DNA from: Epithemia pelagica
Taxonomy: Eukaryota > Protista > Bacillariophyta
Assembly: GCA_946965045.2 (NCBI GenBank)
Contig: OX337235.1
Coordinates: 1-64,000, forward strand
DNA: 64,000 nucleotides
Direction: 5' to 3'
A program made the position numbers and the translations under genes. This document shows, piece by piece, positions 55,601 to 64,000 of the stretch (its first letter is position 1; every line of letters starts with the position of its first letter). Below the pieces are notes generated by a model, which saw only the letters and a list, made by a program, of their open reading frames with translations, was not told the DNA's origin and did no database searches.

Positions 55601-58600
55601 GCTGGATCGTCCAGCACAAATGGGTAGGATGAGTCAGATTCACCCACAACCGGGAACCCGTTATTCTCGTCGATCAGATAGAAGTAACCCTTCCCTTTCT
55701 TGTAAAAGGCCAGTACTTCTTCTTCAAACTCTTCGATCTTCTCAAATGCGTCTTCTCGTAAAGTCTCATCGTCTGCTTGCTCGTACAGCGATATACCGTA
55801 TTCTTTCTTGGATTTTGCATCAACATAGTACAAGATACTGCACGGATCTGTGAGTTGCAACAGATATTCAGCGAATTTCATGGCTGCAGGAGCTGATTCA
55901 GGGGAGGCCATCCCGACAGTGCCGTCGTCCAAGCGAGCAAGCATGTAGGGGAGAATCACAAAACTTGTCGGTACAGAGAAGTCTCTGACGTTGAAGAACT
56001 CTCTGCAGAGATAACCCATAGAGTAGTCGGCTGTTTTGGAAGAGAGGGCATCGGAACGGATACTTGAGGGAACTCCAGAGGACCCGTCTGTTACCAGGGA
56101 TGAGTCCGAACTCTTTCCAAGCCGATTCTTGATGATAGCTACGGATGCCTTGGTTGCAACATCGAGAACATTCGCACCATTAGGAGCTTTTGCTTCGCCC
56201 AACTTTTGTACCAAATCTAAAGGAAGTCCGTTGACAATCCTTTTGACCCGACTTGTATTGGAGTCCCGATCACCACCTGGACTGGAATTTGAACAGAACC
56301 ACACCCAAACGAGCTCCGATGCAACAGTAAGGCCGAGGGATTGATCGTCTCTGACTTGCTGTGCTTCAAAAAGGATCCGTGACTCATATCGCTGCAAACG
56401 TGTTTCATCGGATATGAAGGGTTCCACAGGATTGTATGCGAATAAAAGGTCAGAACGACTGATCGCGTCTTCCCTTGAAGTTGGAGTGTTCTTGATCTTT
56501 GACCATTTCAGCTTCGGACCTGATGATGCCGTGATTTCCCATTTTGGATAATCCGTCGACAGGCTATCATGGAGCTCAACCGGTAAACAACCATCCGGTA
56601 CAAATGTCGTGACTTCTGATACGTTGCAAGGTTCCGAGGCGGCAGCCGGGTAAGTCTCGAGTGCCTGACGGAGCGTCTTCACTGGAACCGTAAAGATTGT
56701 AGCAATATGAAGAGGAAGAAGTTCTCCGAAGCTTCCAGGCTCACCACACAGATGCGCATGCTTCACGACCGGACTTAGAACTATGTCGATGCATCTCGAC
56801 ATTGAGTGATACAATTTCGTGATTGCTTGGTTTGCCTCACCAGATCGTTCGTTGTCCCCTGCGGCTTGCTCATAAATTCGCTCGTACCACGTGGTTTCCC
56901 ACTTCATGAGATTTCTTGCCAAGAGGTGAACTGGCAAGTCACCGCCTCTATCAACTAGCTCACACGCAGGAGCAAAGTGATTTACAACAACTTCAATTTT
57001 CGCATACAGACTTTCGATGTCATTGACGAGACTGTCGTTGTATTTCTCGGGCCATTTAGATTTGCGGTCCTGCAGTCGACTAGAGCAGATGCAATGCAGT
57101 GCCAATCGACCATCCGTATGTCGTTTCAGCTGTGCCATGAGTGGATCCGAAACAAGAATGCGCTTGATATCGTCGACTGAGCTCTCTCCTCCAGAAAGAA
57201 GATCAAGAAGCATTGCTAAATTGTGCGAATCCATGCTCATACGTTGTCGAGAGCCCTTATTGGTTGAGTCCGACATTGAAGATTCATTTGCGTGATGGAC
57301 ACCAGAGGTTACATCACTCCCACTCCGTTCTCCCTTGGTGTGTGTCTTTGATTCAGCAGACAAAGAGCCACGTTCCGCGATACTCGAGTTCTGGTCATTC
57401 GTCAAACTACTCGCTGCGTTGGCGTTTTGCTGTCGTTTCTTTGTCTCTTCTGCGTTTGCTTTGTGCCGTGTTAACCTAGATAGCAGTTGAGCAAATCTTG
57501 CTTTTGGCCTTCCCAAGAACGACGGAGATTTGTTATCTCGATCCTGATTGGCCGTTTCTTTCTCAGTCGCAGTATCCCCAGTAACAGCTGTTGTCACTGC
57601 GTGATCTGAATGCTCCGTCAAAGGTCTCTCCGCATCGACCATTTCTTGGAAAGTGTGATTCGCTGCGTCTGGGGTTCTGGGCTCCTTTTCTCTTGTTTCT
57701 TCGGGTACCGATTCTGTAGATGTAGATTCCCCAGATAAGGGCTTTGCTTGTTCACTTTTGACTCCTGGTTGACGGTCCTCCCTTGTGCTCATGGGAGCCA
57801 CGTTGGTCTCTTCGTCATCGTTCTCATGTGAATCACCGTTAGTCTTGGACGCATCTGAATCACTTTCTTCGTTAACAGAGGAGACGAATTCAAGTCCATA
57901 TGGGGACAAAGTAGAAAAATGATGCACACTGTCCTCCGTCGACGCCATCTTCGCTCCTTCGTTTCCATCTTTAGTAGACGGAGCTGACTCTGAATTCTCT
58001 TCCAGGAGATGTATTTCAGAAATGGTTTCGTCAAGTGACTTTTCATGAGTATGGTCCTCTGATGAGCCATGTCCCGAAGTGTCTACTGATGCAACCAAAC
58101 TATCATCATTGCCCTGTTTCTTTCCACGACTTCGCTGAGATTTCTCAACGGTTATCATCGATTTGTCTACATCTGAACCAGTCTCTTCGATGCTGCCCTC
58201 ACTTGATGTCTTACGAACCGAGTCGTTGTGATCGCTGGCTGATGAAGAACCACTAGAAAAATCATCTGAAACTGTGCTGAAGATATCCGCCGCCACTGAT
58301 TTCCACACTGAGACGGCTTTTTCAACTGTGTTGGATTCTCCAGCATTACCCTCGGACGGGATGTCGTCATTCTTCATTGTGCTGCTGGCTGGTGCATTAT
58401 CATCATCAAGGGAGGATTCACTGGTTTCGATCCATGGCTCATTGACCTGTTTGTCCGTTTGGTTCGCACTGTCACTGATACTATTAGGTGAATTAGCGAC
58501 AGAAGCATTGCTCGTGGAAGCATCTGGCGAAAAGTCGGAAGATGTGTTCACCTTGGTTTCGGGCTTATGGAGGATCTCGGTAGCTCTCTCCAGGAGCTTC

Positions 58601-61600
58601 TTGGCCATTGCATTGGTAGGGTCTTCATCCTCCTCAGCTGGATCGTCCGCTTTGTTGCTCAGAATGGATCTAGCGGAAACTATGTTAAAGTCGTCGCTGT
58701 CTCCGTGCTCCTCATGGAACGACTCCTGTTCTTGATCGTTGATGGGGGCGGTGGCTGCTTTTTCTGGCGTTGGTCCACCGACAACTTGTTCAGACTCCAC
58801 ATAGGTTGTCTTCTTTGATGGGTTAAGAATACGAGACGCCCGCTCGAGTATCTGTTGTGCCAGAACATTCGTTTCTTCTTGCATTTTAGGTACGTTCTTG
58901 GTGTCGTCACTGCTTGGTCTATTCTCATGAGTGCCTTGTTTACTATCGCTATTCTCAGATGAAGGAGAATCATCTTTATGAGCATGAGGCTTGGAAAGAA
59001 TTTGGGTACCAAGCTCGAGAAGTTGTTGTGCACGTAGATTTGTCTCGTCAACTTGTTCCGTTTCGCTTCTTTCGAGATCATATTTTTCGTCGACATGAGC
59101 CATTGATGCTGTCATCATGTGTGCCTCATCATGAATAATGCCACTTTCGTCAGCAGAATGTGGTTCGGGTGCTGGTTCGAGATCAGTTTTAGCTCCATGG
59201 TTGCCGGGTGAGGCGACCATTTGGTCATTTAGGATGTGATCTGAATGTGCCGAATCAAGACTCAGAGTAGAGTTTGCCAATGGGATTTCGTTTCTCAATT
59301 CCGGTTCAGTCTGTTGCGATTCAACCTCCATTGTAAGGTTTGGCATTATTGTTTCCTTTGGCTCATAGTTCACTTGCTGTGCCAGATAAGTCTCGTTGTA
59401 TCGCGATATAGCCGCAGACAACATGTCAAGCGTGGCAAATGGATTGAACGTAGTCCCTTTCTCGTCACTGGTTGTTTTCGTTTGTCGTTCATAACTGTTC
59501 AAACATACATCGTTCTCGTCTTGCTCCTCAATCACAGAGTTTTCTTCTTCTTTTTCTGAAGCTACTTCAGTGATGTCCTTCACCTTGAGTTCCGGTTGTG
59601 ATTGAATCTTTTGAAGAATGGATTCTTGAAGCTGCTGAATCGTGTCCGCATCATGATCCTGTTCATTTTTCTCAATGAGCGCGAGATCATGGGGAGATGA
59701 ATCCTCACCTTCATTTTCGCCACTATGCTCCATCTCAGTCTCTGAAAATTGGGATGGGAAAGGAACCAACAAATCATCGACCTTGGGTGGTGGCGGTCCC
59801 TCGTATACAACCATTTGACTCTCGTCGGGCGGTGGAAATTGAACCAGGAGTTCACTCGACTCTTCAGGTGCACCGGTCCAAGGTACCATATTGTTGAAGG
59901 TAGCTTCAAAAAGCGGACCATGTGGTGGCAAACGATAATCGGTAACAATCGTGTATGCTTCTGTGCCATTTCCCGACGGGTGAGCAAAAGGAACCAACAT
60001 GGACTCCACTCCTTCTTCTTCACACTCTGTCGGTGGTGGAAACGGAACCAACAAAGTCGAGTCGTCTGGATTCGACTTAACGTCCTCCTCACCAACGGAG
60101 CTTGCTGTAGCATTCTCCGCCGCTGTTCCATCCAGAGACGAAGAAGTGATCGCGTTCTCCGTGTCCGGTTCCTGGAAGGGATTCGTCGAATCAACAATCA
60201 TATCGCTCGTGGCCACATCAGTACCAGCTTCTTGAGGAAACGAGTATTTTATTCCCAGTGTGGCAGTATCTTCTGGACCGTGTGGTTGCTCCATCTGGCT
60301 TGGAAGTGACTCTGTTTGCTCCTCTTTTCTTTCTTCGCCAGGCGTGGAATGGAAAGAATGCGACAATTGAATCATGGACGAAAAGAAAACATTGGACCAA
60401 CTCTCATTACTTGCTCTGTTGCTTGTATGTTCTAAAGACTCCACGTGTCCCTCAGGTTCCGGCATGACCGCCTCTTCTTGACTCTCCAACGCCGTGGGGT
60501 CTTCCATGAGGTCATCCGATTCCGAAAGGATCTCTTCCATACGAGTAGTATGTACGTCGTATTCTTCAAAAAGCTCTTCGTTTCCCATTGTATCGGCATA
60601 GGGACCATCGGTAGGCACCATTTGCTCTTCCAGGAACTGTGCCACCGTTTCTTCCAGTCCATAATGAGGAAATTCCAAGTGCTTATCGTCGGATGCATGG
60701 TTTTCAATCTCGGGTGACGATAACGTAGGAACCAAAGGTTTTTCTTCTTCTAATTCTTCGGCTGGATCGTCGCCTCCGTTGCTCAAGGACGTGTAAAGCT
60801 CCACCATGGCAGCCACTCTCCCCGGCTTTCGGCGTACATGGGATTGGCTTGTATCGTTCATGGACGCATTCCAAACTGCCGTCGGGGGAGGTTGTTCCCT
60901 CCATTCACTATCGTGACTTGCCTGCTGGAACGTCTTGGCGTGCTGGTGTTGGTCAATCTCGGCTTCTTTTCCGGAATCTGTTGGAGAAATGTGAAGCAAG
61001 GATTCCCCGGGTACTCGACTCATTTTCTGCTGCTGGTTTGGAGTACGAGGCCCCTTCTTGTTCTGTAGACTGGAAGGTTTGGGCGTCTGAGTGGAAGCAA
61101 CGGACAAACCCAATGACGGCACCACCTCTTGCGGATCATGGCTCTTGTGCGGTTCTCGAGTAACACGATTCCTATTTGGTGTGCTCCAAGAGCCGGACGT
61201 ATACAACTCTCGTTCTTCCTTTGGAGCTTGTGGGCTGGAAACTCCCGACTGCTGCTGCTGCGGTTGAGGAGGCCTCAATGGCGACAAGCTAGAGGTTCGT
61301 TTCTTTTTCACATAATCACGATCCCGTTCCAACAAGGCTTTGAGAGACGGCTTGCTGTCGTTGGTCGTGGCGGAGGAATACTGACTCGAAACTTGTGGAG
61401 ACGTTGGAGGAGAAGCCAGCGTGTGGGACCTCTTGGGAGACAAGGGAGGATACATGGAGGAGGACGAGGGTGTAATGTCGCTGTTTGGACTCAACTCCAT
61501 GGGATGATGAGCATGAGGGTCAGTTCGACGAGGAATGTTCATACCCACTGGCGTCTTGGGGGCCGTGGTTCCATTCGTTTCGTTGCTGGTACCATGCCTG

Positions 61601-63828
61601 GATGGTTCTTGCTCTGATGGTTTGGCCGTTGGCCTCTTTCCTCCTCCCCCTGCTCCGTGTCGTTTCAGTTTGGTGGCACGCAAATCCTGTTCCAACAGTT
61701 CCTGGAGGGATGGTTTTCGTCGAGGACTGGTAGTGGTACCGCTCGGACTGAAACTGGCCGTACTGGCTGTGGTGGCGGCCGTTCCCGCTCCTGGACTCTT
61801 GGGAAACCGTCCCGGGAGAGACGCCGACGAAGTGGTGGTCGTATGCTGCGTGGTAGTGGCGCTTTCTCGTCCAGGACTGTTGGTACTGCTCTGACTTGTC
61901 GTGAGCATCATCATCATCATGGGGGACAGGGGACGAGTAGCACTTGGAGGAGGCCGACGAGGAGAACTCGGACGAGACGAAGCAGCCGACACTGCACTTT
62001 TGTTGGAAGAAACCATGTGTGCCGCAGGAGTTTGTTCTCGAATGGGTTCCATACTGGGACTTTGCGGAATGCTCCAAGTGGAGGAAAGGGGAACAAACTG
62101 TGAATCTTCTTGTTGTTCGTGTTCTTGTTGCTGACGGTGGGCATCGGCCGCCAAGGCAGCTGCAGTCGCCGCCATGTGTTGTTTCTTGACGGCACGATCT
62201 CGTTCCAACAAGGCTCGCAACGAGGGTTTGTGCGTCAAGGAAGTGGACATGGTGGAGACACTGGCAATGGTACTCGTCAATTCTTCGAGAAACAAGGAAG
62301 AGGAGGACATGTTACTGGGACTCGTGGTCATGGGTGGTGGTGGAGGCAACCAGCGTTTGGAAATTTTTTGGTTCGGGGTCTTATTGGAGCGTGAGGCCAT
62401 GCCGCCACTGCTTGTACTGGCCAAAATATCTTGCAACCGCTTGGAAGACGTGTACGTTTGTTCCTCATCCTCCTCATGCGCTTCTTTGGCATTCGTACTA
62501 CTAAACCGTTGGGTACTATCGGGGGCCGCATCCTTCCAATCATCACCGTCATCATCATTATAGGGAAACGACAAGGAATCGTAGCAAGGTGGGATGATTT
62601 CCATCTTGGCTTCCTCCTCCGGGTCGTTCTGGTGTGGCGTGCGACCTACGGCTGCTGTCGTTGTGGTGGTAGTCTTGGTGGTCGTATTGGCCAGTGATGA
62701 CGTGCCCTTCTTCCACCCTCGTCGTCCTTTGGGTGGTTGTGGTTGTGGTCGCTGTGGTTGTTGATTTTGAGTGGCTTGTTGTTGAAAGGCGGACAAGATA
62801 CTGTGAAAGGACGACGAGGACAAGACGGGAAGTTGAGGTGGTGGTGTTAAAGGTCTGGGACTCTGAGTCGAAGACTTGGATGCCACAGAGGAAGCTCCTC
62901 CATTACTACGCAGTGCACTCGTACCGACCCGACGAAGATTGGTCTTGTTCCAAGCCAATGGTGTCCTCTGTGGCTGTTGTTGTTGTGGTTGTTGTTGCTC
63001 GGCCAAGGACGAGGAGGCAACCGACGAACGTGCCACAGATTGTTCCTCCAAATCTTGTCGTTCTTCTTCCATTCCGGCTGCTGTGGAGGACGGAATTGGT
63101 GCCTTGGTAGTATTGCTAGTAGGTCGAGGAGGCTTGTGGTAGTGGTACTGTTGTTGGTTTTTGGGACTGGGTGGGTAAATCACGAGGGGATCGCTCGAGT
63201 CCATGGGTTGGCCCTTCTTGTTGGTGATTGGTGTCGTTGGTGTCATGGTCATGTTGAGATTCTGATGTCTACTACTCGTCGTGCTATCCAGTCCTCCTCC
63301 CGTCGAGGCACTGTCCAAGGTAGATTCTTCTTCCCAGGGTCGTTGATAGGACTGATACGAGACAGCATGAGGAATTTTCAAGTGTCGTTCGATGCGGTGT
63401 CGTTCCGCCACCTTGGCTTGAATGTGTCGTTGGCTTTTGGGAAACCATCGTCGTTTGGTAATGTCGGCAATTTGTTGTTCTTGTCGATACTGACGCAATT
63501 GTTTGCGAGCGACATGTCGCGCCGTGCGCCACGCCTTGCCGCGGGCTTGGTAAATGACTTCGACGCCCAAGGAGGGCAATTCCTCCCGCAGCGGCAACGT
63601 GGGTGGTTTGCTCGTGAGACACGTGACACAAATATCCACCTGACGCGTCACATCCCACGACGACGAACATGTCGATGTCGATTCTGCCGAAGACGAGGAC
63701 GACGTCGAGGCGGCATCGGGCACGGCCATGGGAGACGCATCCGGCAATGTTCCTCGATGACGCGTCTCGACATGAATGGTTTCCAGGGGTGGTGGAGGCG
63801 TGGGAGGAGGTGTCCACTCAGACGACAT
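52672..63828 (-). CDS. Giant 3718-aa protein with ankyrin-like repeats and a globular domain embedded in low-complexity/coiled-coil sequence
   Basis: 11.1-kb stop-free ORF. GRLALHCIC, GDLPVHLL and GELLPLHIA (~56700-57115). VPTSFVILPY..GYFYLIDE..YPFVL (~55600-55980). Coiled coils near 53050-53160 and 54050-54400. Confidence 0.88.
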   Translation of the reverse strand: MSSEWTPPPTPPPPLETIHVETRHRGTLPDASPMAVPDAASTSSSSSAESTSTCSSSWDVTRQVDICVTCLTSKPPTLPLREELPSLGVEVIYQARGKAWRTARHVARKQLRQYRQEQQIADITKRRWFPKSQRHIQAKVAERHRIERHLKIPHAVSYQSYQRPWEEESTLDSASTGGGLDSTTSSRHQNLNMTMTPTTPITNKKGQPMDSSDPLVIYPPSPKNQQQYHYHKPPRPTSNTTKAPIPSSTAAGMEEERQDLEEQSVARSSVASSSLAEQQQPQQQQPQRTPLAWNKTNLRRVGTSALRSNGGASSVASKSSTQSPRPLTPPPQLPVLSSSSFHSILSAFQQQATQNQQPQRPQPQPPKGRRGWKKGTSSLANTTTKTTTTTTAAVGRTPHQNDPEEEAKMEIIPPCYDSLSFPYNDDDGDDWKDAAPDSTQRFSSTNAKEAHEEDEEQTYTSSKRLQDILASTSSGGMASRSNKTPNQKISKRWLPPPPPMTTSPSNMSSSSLFLEELTSTIASVSTMSTSLTHKPSLRALLERDRAVKKQHMAATAAALAADAHRQQQEHEQQEDSQFVPLSSTWSIPQSPSMEPIREQTPAAHMVSSNKSAVSAASSRPSSPRRPPPSATRPLSPMMMMMLTTSQSSTNSPGRESATTTQHTTTTSSASLPGRFPKSPGAGTAATTASTASFSPSGTTTSPRRKPSLQELLEQDLRATKLKRHGAGGGGKRPTAKPSEQEPSRHGTSNETNGTTAPKTPVGMNIPRRTDPHAHHPMELSPNSDITPSSSSMYPPLSPKRSHTLASPPTSPQVSSQYSSATTNDSKPSLKALLERDRDYVKKKRTSSLSPLRPPQPQQQQSGVSSPQAPKEERELYTSGSWSTPNRNRVTREPHKSHDPQEVVPSLGLSVASTQTPKPSSLQNKKGPRTPNQQQKMSRVPGESLLHISPTDSGKEAEIDQHQHAKTFQQASHDSEWREQPPPTAVWNASMNDTSQSHVRRKPGRVAAMVELYTSLSNGGDDPAEELEEEKPLVPTLSSPEIENHASDDKHLEFPHYGLEETVAQFLEEQMVPTDGPYADTMGNEELFEEYDVHTTRMEEILSESDDLMEDPTALESQEEAVMPEPEGHVESLEHTSNRASNESWSNVFFSSMIQLSHSFHSTPGEERKEEQTESLPSQMEQPHGPEDTATLGIKYSFPQEAGTDVATSDMIVDSTNPFQEPDTENAITSSSLDGTAAENATASSVGEEDVKSNPDDSTLLVPFPPPTECEEEGVESMLVPFAHPSGNGTEAYTIVTDYRLPPHGPLFEATFNNMVPWTGAPEESSELLVQFPPPDESQMVVYEGPPPPKVDDLLVPFPSQFSETEMEHSGENEGEDSSPHDLALIEKNEQDHDADTIQQLQESILQKIQSQPELKVKDITEVASEKEEENSVIEEQDENDVCLNSYERQTKTTSDEKGTTFNPFATLDMLSAAISRYNETYLAQQVNYEPKETIMPNLTMEVESQQTEPELRNEIPLANSTLSLDSAHSDHILNDQMVASPGNHGAKTDLEPAPEPHSADESGIIHDEAHMMTASMAHVDEKYDLERSETEQVDETNLRAQQLLELGTQILSKPHAHKDDSPSSENSDSKQGTHENRPSSDDTKNVPKMQEETNVLAQQILERASRILNPSKKTTYVESEQVVGGPTPEKAATAPINDQEQESFHEEHGDSDDFNIVSARSILSNKADDPAEEDEDPTNAMAKKLLERATEILHKPETKVNTSSDFSPDASTSNASVANSPNSISDSANQTDKQVNEPWIETSESSLDDDNAPASSTMKNDDIPSEGNAGESNTVEKAVSVWKSVAADIFSTVSDDFSSGSSSASDHNDSVRKTSSEGSIEETGSDVDKSMITVEKSQRSRGKKQGNDDSLVASVDTSGHGSSEDHTHEKSLDETISEIHLLEENSESAPSTKDGNEGAKMASTEDSVHHFSTLSPYGLEFVSSVNEESDSDASKTNGDSHENDDEETNVAPMSTREDRQPGVKSEQAKPLSGESTSTESVPEETREKEPRTPDAANHTFQEMVDAERPLTEHSDHAVTTAVTGDTATEKETANQDRDNKSPSFLGRPKARFAQLLSRLTRHKANAEETKKRQQNANAASSLTNDQNSSIAERGSLSAESKTHTKGERSGSDVTSGVHHANESSMSDSTNKGSRQRMSMDSHNLAMLLDLLSGGESSVDDIKRILVSDPLMAQLKRHTDGRLALHCICSSRLQDRKSKWPEKYNDSLVNDIESLYAKIEVVVNHFAPACELVDRGGDLPVHLLARNLMKWETTWYERIYEQAAGDNERSGEANQAITKLYHSMSRCIDIVLSPVVKHAHLCGEPGSFGELLPLHIATIFTVPVKTLRQALETYPAAASEPCNVSEVTTFVPDGCLPVELHDSLSTDYPKWEITASSGPKLKWSKIKNTPTSREDAISRSDLLFAYNPVEPFISDETRLQRYESRILFEAQQVRDDQSLGLTVASELVWVWFCSNSSPGGDRDSNTSRVKRIVNGLPLDLVQKLGEAKAPNGANVLDVATKASVAIIKNRLGKSSDSSLVTDGSSGVPSSIRSDALSSKTADYSMGYLCREFFNVRDFSVPTSFVILPYMLARLDDGTVGMASPESAPAAMKFAEYLLQLTDPCSILYYVDAKSKKEYGISLYEQADDETLREDAFEKIEEFEEEVLAFYKKGKGYFYLIDENNGFPVVGESDSSYPFVLDDPATVVSGLLPLMLVGMIQMRGEKALSLLATSLLDDSITAVPQHWEAFAKDIDHQIRARNYSKDADEYNEYQDLKEGMLDFTAQIPSKEKRHNTPLHGRTEWGGEMSVLKTLYSHYDPNTKFCGLKTETEEDGSRVFWTVTTSAAEDSQDEATSGSDTQRSSVYLSGMSREEDHVTGKDHTKAQVRDESQGAPLMFFQPADDQKSRTVANEQRSRDDSSASVFTSSSPVDAMQNQDDSKDHRNETVSIENSSLSLLLSEPERVPDHSSVTSRDSDCTGVVSNTTKSLSPPDVTDLSSVPEKYGRKRHSKSDSSAARTGSVSQDSFGGENEVDDDERTDTRYGDLFDELSVSRLSHSEHAEEAFDPEHDTLQVWNAAEGVWEDVAFQLDHSGKFMEDKNVTGLKVRLLEEAKKLAELHNRVKQVTAKGNEVRDKLYEDIVDDDDESQGVRSLLEKRKLLLRLCDLEERLLCAEIGSQHTSMDSFALLQNLKGMTTTVRNDLESSMSSSRQEESIGTSMVPGAIGTRRPRRETAKTKKTRGGILEEHMGRALDNACLSWIKSMSNEDDSDELRSVTALDGHIRAGNNHKNSRSPSPPGKAPYSPPDRSTSTTQPLSPEAMASTYHTLSSASDRNSDERDWSIMGGKTRKSTKQQQDPFAEEPQDTYSRHNTNNTMMENLPWPLEEDIPVSMEIRRKVARTARGSVLPKQQQQQYDTPRFRHDEFSSLQQPRLQSHASLPEESEKAMTPLPRRAPGPRPRRSSRRKKRDPPSQTFIDLTTQEERDAGGDADDDQDDDGNDTDDYYATDSSLASQINAHRRMKEQQKQRQAQQEQRKQQELQRREQEERKLRRQEEEREEQLRQERHHLIPPMEDYSQQGEESHGTPSSASAIVRNSSIHPLDRFSSSDASSSAAAAAAASTGGRGATTTASASAAGAATTSSNASEDFTHMLGRAHIDLDDMSEFDNILAEAGSMHEFLEL

Positions 63829-64000
63829 GACGCTATTCCTTTTGCTTTGCTAACACAAACACAAGGGAGTGCGGTGTTGTGGCTCACACGTCTTGATTGT
63901 TGTTTGTGGTTTTGGATCGATCTTGGGGTCCAATCGTATACCAACACTACACGTAGCGGGGAGAGCCTCGATTGGTTCAAGACTTTCTCTGCTCCAAGAA

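Overview
Left end of a eukaryotic chromosome, probably from a pennate diatom (inferred from gene style, intron-poor genes and typical low-complexity protein families). Bases 1-512 are a (CCCTAA)n telomere. The ~9.3-kb subtelomere holds two near-identical (~99.8%) copies of an element encoding a Zn-finger + tyrosine-recombinase-like + SF2/RecQ-like helicase fusion protein. It is divided into modules by six same-strand CCTTAGG sites; I saw no such site in the remaining ~55 kb. The distal copy is cut by the telomere, which supplies its stop codon. From ~9.9 kb the region is gene-rich: a large IQ/coiled-coil protein, a NASP-like histone chaperone, a duplicated secreted Cys-rich protein, 2-oxoglutarate dehydrogenase E1 (one intron), a HET-like + TPR-array protein, an uncharacterised protein, a complete 605-bp non-autonomous hAT element, an RNI-type LRR protein, an SLC36-like amino-acid transporter with two scrambled pseudogene copies, an asparagine synthetase with an apparent mitochondrial presequence, an EamA transporter, an RVxF-motif diatom-type protein and a 3718-aa ankyrin-like giant protein. 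The most promising novel system is the telomere-linked recombinase-helicase element with its CCTTAGG-delimited modules. All assignments come from reading motifs by eye; no searches were run.
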